Assembly (NCBI GenBank): GCA_018992685.1
Contig: JACVGT010000007.1
Coordinates: forward strand, 1 to 64,000
From: Theionarchaea archaeon
GTDB taxonomy: Archaea > Methanobacteriota_B > Thermococci > Methanofastidiosales > SZ-28-30
Direction of reading: 5' to 3'
Length of the DNA stretch: 64,000 nucleotides
Part shown: in pieces, positions 1 to 9,211 of the stretch
How positions within the stretch are numbered: the first letter of the stretch is position 1
Layout of the letters: each line of letters begins with the position of its first letter
The notes under the pieces: model-generated
Told to the model about the DNA's origin: nothing
The model's input: the letters and a program-made list of their open reading frames with translations, nothing else
Database searches by the model: none
Program-made: the position numbers and the translations under genes

Positions 1-186
1 CAGCACCTAATAAGACAGCTCCTATTTTTTTAAGCTTCATTTCTATAATCCTCCTACCTGTTTTTGTGATTTGTTTAGGGTCCCATCTGGTATGTTATTA
101 TATCATTAACACAAGCTACTATATAAGCTTTTCGGTATTGCTAATCAATAATACTAATCATCAGTAGTTAAGATTCGACAGTTGTC

Positions 187-906
187 TTATATGTGTCTGG
201 CAATTGACTCAGAAACAAAGCTGTGAACCACTTCAGACAGATCCATGCCAATATTTTGGATTTCCCGCAAGGACAATGAAATGGTATCTGGCTCTACAAT
301 GCTCATGGCAACAGGAACTAGCCTGACTACAGCCAGAAAAACATCCTCAATATCCTCGAAGAGTACTTCAACGCCCACCACACCGGTCCAATCAGGCCCT
401 TCTGTTCTTCTTGAGTTTATCTTGTTGATGTAGGCCCCTGCTGAGTTGACAGTTTCCATGACTGTTTCTTTCAGCCTTTCTTCAGTGTCTGAGCGGCCTT
501 CAAATACCATCTTCATGAGGATCCCCCCGTAGCTTATGGTCTCATCAATGAAATCAGGGTCCACACCAGGAGCCTCCTGGAATCTCCTGCCAGCATTCTG
601 GATGGCTATTCCGAGTTTCTGGCTGAGTTTGCTGATTCGCGAAGAGATGTCTCCGAACACAGGAAGGAGCTCTCTTGGTTCAAGCGATACCGAGCCACTG
701 CTGACATCAATGGCCGTGGGAGTGAGACGCATGCATAGATTGATATACGCTCTGAAATCAGCTTTCAGCCTGATCTGCAACACGCCTGAGTAGTATCGGG
801 TTCCTTCGACTTCATGCTCAATAATCTCTTCGGACTTGGATGTGATGACAGTGGCGTTGGTTTCCACATCAGTAAGAAGTTCACGGAGAGAGCTTTCTAC
901 CGCCAT
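187..906 (-). CDS. hypothetical protein (start ambiguous; ORF is open up to 1107)
   Basis: ~240-aa ORF from ATG at 904-906 (MAVESSLRELL...ESIARHI). The upstream extension to 1107 is odd in composition and Cys-rich and is probably not coding. No motif I can name. Confidence 0.4.
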   Translation of the reverse strand: MAVESSLRELLTDVETNATVITSKSEEIIEHEVEGTRYYSGVLQIRLKADFRAYINLCMRLTPTAIDVSSGSVSLEPRELLPVFGDISSRISKLSQKLGIAIQNAGRRFQEAPGVDPDFIDETISYGGILMKMVFEGRSDTEERLKETVMETVNSAGAYINKINSRRTEGPDWTGVVGVEVLFEDIEDVFLAVVRLVPVAMSIVEPDTISLSLREIQNIGMDLSEVVHSFVSESIARHI

Positions 907-1192
907 GCTACTATTACTCTGTGCCTCTACGAAGAAGGTACAGTCAATCATACATGGACTGCAGTAAAAACACTTATAAATGTTTGGAGATTGATGCCAT
1001 TTGTACGAGTTCATGTGCGTGCCTGATTTTGGAGATAAGCCCAGCCACACGAAACAACCCAAGGAGGGACAGGGTTGCTGTCTGAGGGGAGAAGATGTCT
1101 TCAGCACGAAAAGAAGGCAGACCTAGGAGTCAGGGATGAGCATCGACCTGTAGATTCTTCCGGATGAATCTTTCTTGCTCTTATCCTCGTTG

Positions 1193-1645
1193 TTATTGAG
1201 TGATTGTAACTTTTCGTATTCTTATCCCCGCATTTCGAAGAAGCTGCATCTTTATTTGGTTATCTACATCGTATTCTTCTTCGTACACGATTTCCCTCAC
1301 TCCTGCGTTGATCAGGATTTTTGTACAACTCATACAGGGGAAGTGAGTGGTATAAATGACCGAATTCTCAGTGGAGGTTCCATGGAGTGCAGCCTGCACT
1401 ATTGTATTCTGCTCTGCGTGGACTCCTCGACAGTGATGGGATTCTTCCAGAGACCTTGACTCCAGGCGTAGACAAGTTTCCGTGGTGCAGTGGGGGATCC
1501 CTCTTGGTGCTCCATTATACCCTGTGGCGATGATATGGTTGTCTTTTACGAGGACTGCACCCACATGTTGTTTGACGCAGGTTGATCGTTCAGAAACTAG
1601 TCGGGCAATTTTCATGAAGTATGTGTCAACATCGATTCTCATCAC
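1193..1645 (-). CDS. dCMP / cytidine-deoxycytidylate deaminase family protein
   Basis: 150 aa. Zinc-binding deaminase signature H-A-E-Q-N (GVHAEQNTIV) and PCMSC. Size typical of ComEB/dCMP deaminase. Confidence 0.85.
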   Translation of the reverse strand: MMRIDVDTYFMKIARLVSERSTCVKQHVGAVLVKDNHIIATGYNGAPRGIPHCTTETCLRLESRSLEESHHCRGVHAEQNTIVQAALHGTSTENSVIYTTHFPCMSCTKILINAGVREIVYEEEYDVDNQIKMQLLRNAGIRIRKVTITQ

Positions 1646-2117
1646 GTTGGGAAGGTACAGTACCTTAAAAGCTCACCGGTTCACGAAGGCGATGTACCAG
1701 AATCTCTGAAAGACCCTGAGTCTGCATGGGTCTCCTTCTAATATAATATATAAAGCATACGTGGGAGACGTCACCGGGGTCAGGGCGATTTCATCTATGT
1801 CTCTTTCCTGTGTGAATGTGCAGAGGGCAGCTTCTGGCATACCCTTTCCTTTCAGCAGGCTAGGTCCTTCATGGCCCAGGCAGGCTGGAACTTCTCTGTG
1901 TAGACGGATACGTCGAAATTCAACCTAAATTTCGAGGAAGGGTACTCTGTATTCACTGTATTTCGGAAGTCCCTCCCTGCTACGGTGGGTACATCGTGAG
2001 AAGAGAGGCAAAGGAGTAGACCAGGCAGGAGCGTACCCTGATCCGCCTGCCTTGCAGCACGTGTTCTCCCCTTGAAAACTGCAAAACCTTTTTAAACTAT
2101 ATAAGAACAACACTGAC

Positions 2118-2771
2118 ATGGAAGATAAAACCAAGGTATCGCTGCTGTTTATGCTGATCGGTGGATTGTTGGGGATTCTTTCCGCCTTCCTGAGTATCCT
2201 AGGGATTCCCAACACGGTGATTCTCCTCTTGTATGCGGTAATTCTGTATGGGACGACGTATCTGTATCCTCTGATAGGCGTGAAGCTTGAAAAACTGGGA
2301 GAAAGTCGCCCCAGATCAGCTCTGGGGGGCGTGTGGTCGTCGCTCCTGTCCTGGCTTGTGATCTGGACCATGGTCTTCTATGTGATTTCTCCAGTGATCA
2401 TTCTGGCGGGCCCGGATCATGCAGAAGCTGCTCAAGACCTTGGGACGTTCCTGGAATCAAGTGGGGTCCGTGTGTCTATTGCTGATGATTATACACGCTA
2501 CTTGTTTGCTCACCAGGTCATTGTAGTGGGCTCTCGGGTCAGTCTCCCTGTCGGAACAAGTTACGGGGTAACAGTTTTCCCTGACGCTGTCCAGCAGTTA
2601 ATCAGGGCAGAACAGCCCAAGGGAACTGTGACCAGAGAGGAAATTGACTCTGGCGAGCTGATTACGATTAACAAGACTGGTAGGACTATACTTGTCATTT
2701 CAGGAACTGACGCAGCAGTTGACAGGATAGCGCAGGAACAACAGGAGAAGATACTTAATTTGGTGCAGTAG
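2118..2771 (+). CDS. membrane protein with N-terminal TM helices and soluble C-terminal domain
   Basis: 217 aa. Three hydrophobic helices at the N-terminus. TATA-like aactatataag about 20 bp upstream of the ATG, suggesting a leaderless transcript. The C-terminus is weakly similar to the CWB2-like protein at 19939-20694. Confidence 0.5.
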   Translation: MEDKTKVSLLFMLIGGLLGILSAFLSILGIPNTVILLLYAVILYGTTYLYPLIGVKLEKLGESRPRSALGGVWSSLLSWLVIWTMVFYVISPVIILAGPDHAEAAQDLGTFLESSGVRVSIADDYTRYLFAHQVIVVGSRVSLPVGTSYGVTVFPDAVQQLIRAEQPKGTVTREEIDSGELITINKTGRTILVISGTDAAVDRIAQEQQEKILNLVQ

Positions 2772-2779
2772 GTGATAAA

Positions 2780-3409
2780 ATGACTGGAAAGGATGTGGCT
2801 TTCATCATGCTCTTCATGCTCTTTATCCTTTCAGTTATGGGAAATGCCTTCTTGCTGTATTATTCTATTGAGTCTGATCAGGATGACAGGACTTTAGAGC
2901 AGAAAATAGCTTCCCTGGAGGCTGAGAAGAACAACCTGTACTACCAGTACGATCGACAGAAGCATGAGCTGGAAGAGGAAAACGAGGATCTCCAGAAGGA
3001 AATCGATTCACTGAATTCCAGCGTCAGAGAACTTCAGAGAGAACTGGAGTCACAAACAGGAAATACCATTTCATACGAAGGACTGGTGGATTCTCTGAGA
3101 ATGCGAGTGTATGATCTGGAGGCAGAAGCCCAGGAACTGGAAAACGATCTGAATGAATGTAGGTCACACCAGGTGCACTCTGATTGTTCCTACTGGGCTG
3201 ACCCTTACTGTTCGTGCTATCCATGTCAGAGTTGTGGCACCTGCCATCATTCAGTGTCTGTTTCAAATGTTTCGGGCACATTCAAAGGAAACGCGTATGA
3301 CGCTATAATTTTCGTGTATCTCAATTACTATCCGTGCAATGCTTTGAGGATTTATGTGGATATTCTAGACATTGATACAATACAGATCGTGGGAGTGGAC
3401 TGGGATTAG
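2780..3409 (+). CDS. membrane-anchored coiled-coil protein with Cys/His-rich C-terminus
   Basis: 209 aa. N-terminal TM helix, a long heptad-like acidic coiled-coil stretch (EQKIASLEAEKNNL...), then CSYWADPYCSCYPCQSCGTCHH. Stop is 2 nt before the ABCE1 start. Confidence 0.5.
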   Translation: MTGKDVAFIMLFMLFILSVMGNAFLLYYSIESDQDDRTLEQKIASLEAEKNNLYYQYDRQKHELEEENEDLQKEIDSLNSSVRELQRELESQTGNTISYEGLVDSLRMRVYDLEAEAQELENDLNECRSHQVHSDCSYWADPYCSCYPCQSCGTCHHSVSVSNVSGTFKGNAYDAIIFVYLNYYPCNALRIYVDILDIDTIQIVGVDWD

Positions 3410-3410
3410 C

Positions 3411-5171
3411 ATGAGGATTGCAGTATTGGACCTAGACAAGTGCGAACCTAAAAAATGCCATTATATGTGTATCAAATTCTGTCCTGGAGTGAGAATGGGT
3501 GAAGAGACAATCATTATGGACGAAGATACGAAAAAACCCGTGATCAGCGAGGTGTTGTGTACAGGGTGTGGCATCTGCATTCACAAGTGTCCCTTTGATG
3601 CAATTACTATTGTGAATCTGCCTGAGGAACTGGACCAGCCAATTCACCAGTTTGGACCCAACAGTTTCAGACTGTACAGACTTCCCATTCCCAGGGAGAA
3701 CCAGGTGTTGGGGTTACTGGGTGCCAATGGGGTAGGCAAGACCACAGCAATCCGGATACTATGTGGAGAGATTACCCCTAACCTGGGCGACTATGGTGGG
3801 TCTGAAGGCAAGCCTGATCTGTCTCAGTATTTCAGAGGCTCAGAACTGCAAACGTATTTTGAACGGCTGGAATCCAAAGAACTGAAGGTTGTGATGAAAC
3901 CGCAGCAAATCACCAGGATACCTGCTGTGGTCAAAGGAACAGTAGAGGACGTCATTGGGAAAATAGATGAGAGAGGGGTTTCCAATACACTGTATGAAGC
4001 CCTTGGCATGCAGGAGGCTCTGTCCAAGGATATTTCAAGTCTATCTGGGGGAGAATTACAGAGACTCGCTTTGATTGTGGCCATGTGCAGGGAAGCAGAC
4101 GTGTACTATTTTGATGAGCCTTCCAGTTACCTGGATATTACCCAGAGGCTGAATGCTTCCAGGGCAATCAGGGACTTATCTGAATCTAAGAGTGTCATTG
4201 TCGTGGAGCATGACCTGGCTCTACTGGACTATCTATCTGACTATGTGCATGTATTGTATGGGCAGCCGGCGGTGTACGGTGTCTGTTCTGTTCCATACGG
4301 GGTGAGAGTGGGTATCAATTCATATCTGAGAGGGTATTTGAAAGAGGAGAATGTACGATTCAGAAAGGAAGAGATTATATTTGATACAGCAGGCAAGGTG
4401 TGGAAGGGTGAGGAGATCATGTTGGCATATCCTCCCCTGAGGAAGGAGTTTGAGGGGTTTGTGTTCCAAGGGAGTCAGGGTGAAATCCATATGGGAGAGG
4501 TTCTGGGTATTATTGGGCCAAATGCTATCGGGAAGTCCACATTTGTGAAGATATTGGCAGGCGTAATTGAGGGTGAGGAGAAGTTTGAGACAACATTGAA
4601 GATTTCGTACAAGCCGCAGTATTTGCAGTCTGACTATGAAGGGAGTGTTGAGATGGTGCTGATGCAGGTAAACAAAAAGCCCCTGAGTTCGTTACAGATG
4701 ACGGAGATTGTGAAACCACTGGGGTTGGAGCGATTATTGGAGAACGTCGTATCAGAGCTGAGTGGAGGGGAGCTACAGCGGGTGAGCATTGCGGTATGTC
4801 TGCTGCAGGAGGCCGATATGTATCTACTGGATGAACCTACTGCACATTTGGACGTGGAGCAGAGGCTGGCCATGGCAAAGGTTGTGAGGCGGTTTGTGGA
4901 GAAGAATGAGAAAGCTGCCATGGTGGTCGAACATGATATTGTGTCTGTAGACTATCTGTCTGATAGGTTGCTTGTGTTTTCAGGTGTGCCAGGTGTGGAG
5001 GGAGAGACTTCCGAACCTGTAGGGTTAAAGGATGGGATGAATGCGTTTCTGAAGAGTATTGGGGTGACCTTTAGAAGAGAGCCTGAATCAGGAAGACCGC
5101 GGGCTAACAAGGAAGGTTCGTTACTGGACAGGGAACAGAAATCCCGTGGGGAGTACTACTATAGCAGATAG
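3411..5171 (+). CDS. abce1: ABCE1 / RNase L inhibitor-type ribosome recycling ATPase
   Basis: N-terminal 2x[4Fe-4S] ferredoxin domain (CEPKKCHYMCIKFCP...CTGCGICIHKCP). Two ABC NBDs with Walker A (GANGVGKTT, GPNAIGKST) and LSGGELQR signatures. True start is MRIAVLDLDKC at 3411; the ORF track start at 3372 is an upstream extension. Confidence 0.95.
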   Translation: MRIAVLDLDKCEPKKCHYMCIKFCPGVRMGEETIIMDEDTKKPVISEVLCTGCGICIHKCPFDAITIVNLPEELDQPIHQFGPNSFRLYRLPIPRENQVLGLLGANGVGKTTAIRILCGEITPNLGDYGGSEGKPDLSQYFRGSELQTYFERLESKELKVVMKPQQITRIPAVVKGTVEDVIGKIDERGVSNTLYEALGMQEALSKDISSLSGGELQRLALIVAMCREADVYYFDEPSSYLDITQRLNASRAIRDLSESKSVIVVEHDLALLDYLSDYVHVLYGQPAVYGVCSVPYGVRVGINSYLRGYLKEENVRFRKEEIIFDTAGKVWKGEEIMLAYPPLRKEFEGFVFQGSQGEIHMGEVLGIIGPNAIGKSTFVKILAGVIEGEEKFETTLKISYKPQYLQSDYEGSVEMVLMQVNKKPLSSLQMTEIVKPLGLERLLENVVSELSGGELQRVSIAVCLLQEADMYLLDEPTAHLDVEQRLAMAKVVRRFVEKNEKAAMVVEHDIVSVDYLSDRLLVFSGVPGVEGETSEPVGLKDGMNAFLKSIGVTFRREPESGRPRANKEGSLLDREQKSRGEYYYSR

Positions 5172-5174
5172 ATG

Positions 5175-5280
5175 GCTTCAATACTTGTTGAAGTTAACGA
5201 TTATTGACGTTGTTAATTGATATCGGAAAGAGATATTCTTGAACAACAATAAATATTGACTTCGATCAGTGTTGAAGTTA
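5175..5280. repeat. ~110-bp module with two palindromic CTTCAA-N6-TTGAAGTTA motifs 84 bp apart (copy 1)
   Basis: tgttgaagtta at 5186-5196 and 5270-5280, each preceded by an inverted cttcaa/cttcga half-site. A second copy with the same 84-bp spacing lies at 7296-7401. Confidence 0.6.
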
Positions 5281-5334
5281 TGGAATTATTGTCGTGATAG
5301 CAATAAACAAAGAAATCAGAAAGAATAAACGATA

Positions 5335-6769
5335 TTATTCTTGATTAGAGGAGGAGCTGTGTTTAAGATAGTGTAGAGACCTCTTGGTGGATAGAGTGTA
5401 TGGGTGATCAGGTCCAAGGATTTCATGAAATGTCCGGTGAGCTTTCTCAAAACACTCCACCATCTTCCTGGAATCTCCCAACGACTTCCAGGCAGATCCC
5501 AGGTTGTTGAGTCTCGTGGCCACAGAAGGATGCTTTTCTCCATATACTTCCCTGTCAATAGCCAGGGCTTTCTCATAATACTCCACCGCTTCCTTCAAGA
5601 AACTCATATCCTCAAGTACCCATCCGAACTCAAGATAAAACTCTGAATAATGCTCATCTCTCATTTCCTGCGAAATACTTTTCACAATACGCAGTCCAGT
5701 GATCAGAGCTTCTTTGTATGCGAGATAATTCTTTAGGAAACGCAGCAGTTCCCCTCTTTTTCAACAGCCAGATCCTGCATCCCACACTGTGTCGCATGGC
5801 CAATCAATTCAGACGCAAATATGGGCTCATAATCCTCAGAAGATGATAGCAGTCTTTGGTAGAACTCTGTGGGGGCATGGTGGCACTTCCTTCGAACTTC
5901 CTTATCAAAACTGTTAGAAATCACATCCCGAAAAAGGGGAGTCACCCAATAGTACACATTCTTTCCTATATCTTCTTCCACAAGGCTCAACCTGACAGCC
6001 AACTTCAACTCCTGTTCCCATTCTCATAGGTCTCTGCAGACCAGGCAAATTCCCTCCCTTACAACAGGCAGACGAAACACAGATGATCTCCCCAATACCC
6101 TTTGAAATTCGTGGTACTGACTTTTCAATATCTCTTTCAAAATGAGTTTCTGAACGAATTCTTCCTGTCTTCCTTCAACTTTCTTCAATAGTGACTGTAC
6201 ATCCAAATCCTCTTCTACTTCCAGTAGCGTATTTATATCTTCCATCGGTCTGGGATTTCTCCGTCCAGCTTGAATCAATTTCTCTCTAGTCCCTGCGTCA
6301 GGATAATTCTCGATCTGGCTGTTTTCCAGGTAGATATACTGAATATTTCGCCGCTTTGGCCTTGCCTTCTGACCATTTTCAACCAAGGATATCAGAGGTG
6401 TCCCATCTGAAGAGAGGCGGAGTGCGTACCATTCCGAAGAACTATCCTTTGCCATTTCTTTCCTGGCAGTAGAGACGGCATCAACAACAGACTTTCCCCT
6501 GTTCAGTTCAACGTACACTTTATTAGCAGCTTCAGTGGCCCCATGATCTGAAATTGAACTAGCACCTAAAGACGCTAACTATGAGCATTAGCTTCCTGAA
6601 GAGCACGCTTCAATAGCTGTCTGTCGCCATTTATGAGGGAAAAAAGTTTCCCACCAACTTGCTCCAGCAGAGAGTCAACGTGATGGATTTTGAAATCCTC
6701 CCACATCTTTGAGATCCCAGAGATAGATTGGGATTCACACACATTCGTGTCTCTACTGCCGTCTGGCAT
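5335..6769 (-). pseudogene. degraded TPR-repeat gene (four ORF fragments: 6769-6575, 6518-6024, 6008-5733, 5685-5335)
   Basis: Four consecutive same-strand ORF fragments. 6024..6518 and 5733..6008 are in the same frame, separated by one in-frame TGA at 6024-6026. The other junctions are frameshifts. The last fragment carries TPR repeats (EKALAIDREVYGEKHPSVATRLNNLGSAW...). Confidence 0.4.
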
Positions 6770-7295
6770 TGTCTCAGTCAGGGATATTCTTTCCTCCTCT
6801 GATCAAGGATCACTCCAAAGCACACTACCATGTAACCCCTCTATTGCAGCAGAATAACCTCTCGTGAAGAGAGCTGTCAGCTGCGCGATTTAGCATTTCA
6901 ACATTTCTTGTTTGAGTCAGCAGTGATTTAAGGTTTTCGGAAATCATCTTTTTTTCTCTTTCTTGTGCCAAATAAATGCTAAATTAACAATAATCTGATA
7001 ATTGCCAATTCTCATTATAGATGATCACATCCTCATATTGAACTATAAAAGGAAATCTATGATCGGCAAATTTCCTCACCTTTAAAATCCCATTTTAAGG
7101 AGGGATTTTTCTCCTCCCGTTGAAGTCAGTAGTGACACAAGTGGAGTTCTCCGTAGTGGCACCTGACATCAAGCCCCCATACTCCATCTCTACGTTCTGA
7201 GAGTTCCCTTTGTGTTGTAAGCCTGATAAAGATTCATGTACTCTCTTGTTACTAGACCAGGTACTCACATACTTCTTTCTTTTCTTATCACATTG

Positions 7296-7401
7296 GTTTC
7301 AATATATGTTGAAGTTAAAGTTTACCAATAGCGGTTATCAATAGAGCATAGATATAATTTGAAACAGCAAAGAATAATAGCTTCAATTAATGTTGAAGTT
7401 A
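7296..7401. repeat. ~110-bp module with two palindromic TTCAA-N6-TTGAAGTTA motifs 84 bp apart (copy 2)
   Basis: tgttgaagtta at 7307-7317 and 7391-7401 (cttcaattaatgttgaag is a perfect palindrome). Same orientation and spacing as the copy at 5175-5280. Confidence 0.6.
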
Positions 7402-7882
7402 TTTAACATTGATTTATATTCTCTTATATTCAAAGAACAGGAATAAAAAGACAAAACCTTACTTTTACTCTACAACAGGAAATGAATAATTGCAGAAGGT
7501 CGTTGCTTGATGTCTCCTACCATTTCAGAATCTGACAGTCACATCGTATGGAAGATGATTCTCTCCAGCAGAGGCCTACCACTGTCATAATCTCCTTTGA
7601 GTAACATGGATTGATCTCACACTCTGGATCAGGTTGTCTCTTCGGGAGAGAAATGTGTGTGGCAAAATCTGCAGTTCCAAAGCCCTGCACGACCTCAGGG
7701 TGAGGCACCTGACAGGAAGACTACAGTGCAAGAAGAGAATTCGGGTCACTTTTCTGGTAAAAAATCCCCTGACACTCTTTGATAGAAGAAGTACTCCTTC
7801 CTTTTTGGAATGAGACAAATTCCTAAATAAGATTGCCTGATGAAACCGAAAAGTATAAAGTGTGAAGGGATGGAGTACCACC

Positions 7883-8545
7883 ATGTCTCAAGCATATGAA
7901 AAGAGAGACCTGGGAGTAACAGCTTCCAGAATGATAAAGGATGGGATGGTTGTTGGACTGGGCACAGGATCCACTGCAGCGGAATTCATCAAGGCTCTTG
8001 GGGAAAGAATCCGCACAGAGGGCATAACCGTGTACGGGGTTCCCACTTCGTACCAGGCCCACCTTCTGGCGGAGCAGCACAACATTCAGATAGTCACCTC
8101 TCAGACCATCGATATAGCGGTGGACGGAGCGGACCAGGTGGACCACCACGACTTCATTTCCAAGGGAGGCGGAGGTGCTCTCCTCAAGGAGAAACTGGTA
8201 GACTACAGGGCAGATCGGCTGATGATTCTGGCCGATTTTCACAAATTCGTGGAGAAGATAACAAAGGTTTTTGTCGAAGTTCATCCTCAGGCCATTCATT
8301 CAGTTCAGGAAGAGCTGTCACAGTACGGGACATGTGTCCTGCGTACTGTCCATGGACACCCTATTGAAGAGGGCGACCAGGTATTCATCACAGAATCAGG
8401 AAACGTGATCTTTGATGTAAAGACCACGGTTGAGGATCCTGTCAGGATGGAACGCGAGCTCAATGCAATCCACGGAGTTATGGAGAACGGGCTGTTCACC
8501 CGGACGTGTATAGTTATTCAAAGACCAAGAGGAATTCCCGGATAG
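7883..8545 (+). CDS. rpiA: ribose-5-phosphate isomerase A
   Basis: GLGTGSTA, VDGADQVD and KGGGGALLKEK motifs of RpiA. ATG at 7883 sits about 25 bp downstream of gtataaag, so the transcript is probably leaderless. The ORF track begins at GTG 7862. Confidence 0.85.
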   Translation: MSQAYEKRDLGVTASRMIKDGMVVGLGTGSTAAEFIKALGERIRTEGITVYGVPTSYQAHLLAEQHNIQIVTSQTIDIAVDGADQVDHHDFISKGGGGALLKEKLVDYRADRLMILADFHKFVEKITKVFVEVHPQAIHSVQEELSQYGTCVLRTVHGHPIEEGDQVFITESGNVIFDVKTTVEDPVRMERELNAIHGVMENGLFTRTCIVIQRPRGIPG

Positions 8546-8655
8546 GTCTCATGCAGTATGACATGCACATGTATGTGATGCCAGAAGAAGTAAGAGACAG
8601 GGAGTCTGTTATCACGGGCAAGACCATCAATTCTGATATTCTTCCCGCCATTATC

Positions 8656-9063
8656 TCAAGGTTGTTTTTCTCGGAAGACTTTCATCATTTGCTTTCTCAG
8701 TCTGCGAAACTCTGTTTCATCATTGGCTTCCTTTGCCACTCTCATGGCATCCAGAATCTCAATGAGAAAATCAATTGTCTCCAACGGTATGACGTTGCAG
8801 TAGACAGCCAGCAGAAATGTTGCCATTGCTCTGTCAATATTCTCTCGTGCCAATCGAATGTTCTCCGCAACTCCCTGCTTGGTGATGTTCCGCCTGGCGG
8901 CGATCTCTTCATAGGTAGTCTTCTCTCCCATGTCTTGGTTCCACACGTAGGTCACGTAGTCCTTTATTTGCCTCTTTGTGAAGTAACTCGTTTCAAGCAG
9001 TCTTTTGGCAAAAGAGTCACTGTTCAGCCACCTTTCTACATAGGTTAAAGTGAACTGCATCAT
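8656..9063 (-). CDS. HTH DNA-binding protein (sigma-70 region-4-like helix-turn-helix)
   Basis: 135 aa. TYEEIAARRNITKQGVAENIRLARENIDRA resembles the sigma-70 r4 / LuxR-type HTH. The overlapping plus-strand ORF 8506..9048 is low-complexity and was rejected. Confidence 0.55.
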   Translation of the reverse strand: MMQFTLTYVERWLNSDSFAKRLLETSYFTKRQIKDYVTYVWNQDMGEKTTYEEIAARRNITKQGVAENIRLARENIDRAMATFLLAVYCNVIPLETIDFLIEILDAMRVAKEANDETEFRRLRKQMMKVFREKQP

Positions 9064-9211
9064 ATCACCAAAGTCAAGTCAAATTACTTGACGAAATTCA
9101 CCTATTTAAAGGTTGTGGTTAGAAGTACCATCTAATACTATTGCTCATTAAAACTATATAAAACTATCGGTTTACCATAAGCTTTAAATATGTAAGTTTC
9201 AAGAATAGGTT

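Noticed and set aside
1780-2070. SRP RNA or RNase P RNA candidate
   Set aside because: I looked for the RNase P P4 motif (GAGGAAAGUCC) and the SRP helix-8 motif (GGAAGG.AGCA) and found neither. Retained only as an unassigned structured region.
3372-3410. Upstream extension of ABCE1 (and similar 5' extensions at 21030, 24460, 25551, 37072, 39507, 40342, 46096, 58602-58757)
   Set aside because: In each case an internal ATG with an SD or a TATA box at -25 fits conserved protein N-termini. The extensions overlap upstream genes or are compositionally odd.
6024-6026. In-frame TGA as selenocysteine or programmed read-through
   Set aside because: Flanked by two independent frameshifts in the same gene. 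No SECIS-like hairpin was noticed downstream. Pseudogenisation is more parsimonious.
7823-8299. 158-aa minus-strand ORF (and 7888..8085, 7585..7884) overlapping rpiA
   Set aside because: Antisense to a strongly supported RpiA gene. Low-complexity translation. No RBS or TATA context.
8506-9048. 180-aa plus-strand ORF
   Set aside because: Overlaps the minus-strand HTH protein, which has a recognisable r4-like helix-turn-helix. The translation is Cys/His/Leu-rich and non-protein-like.
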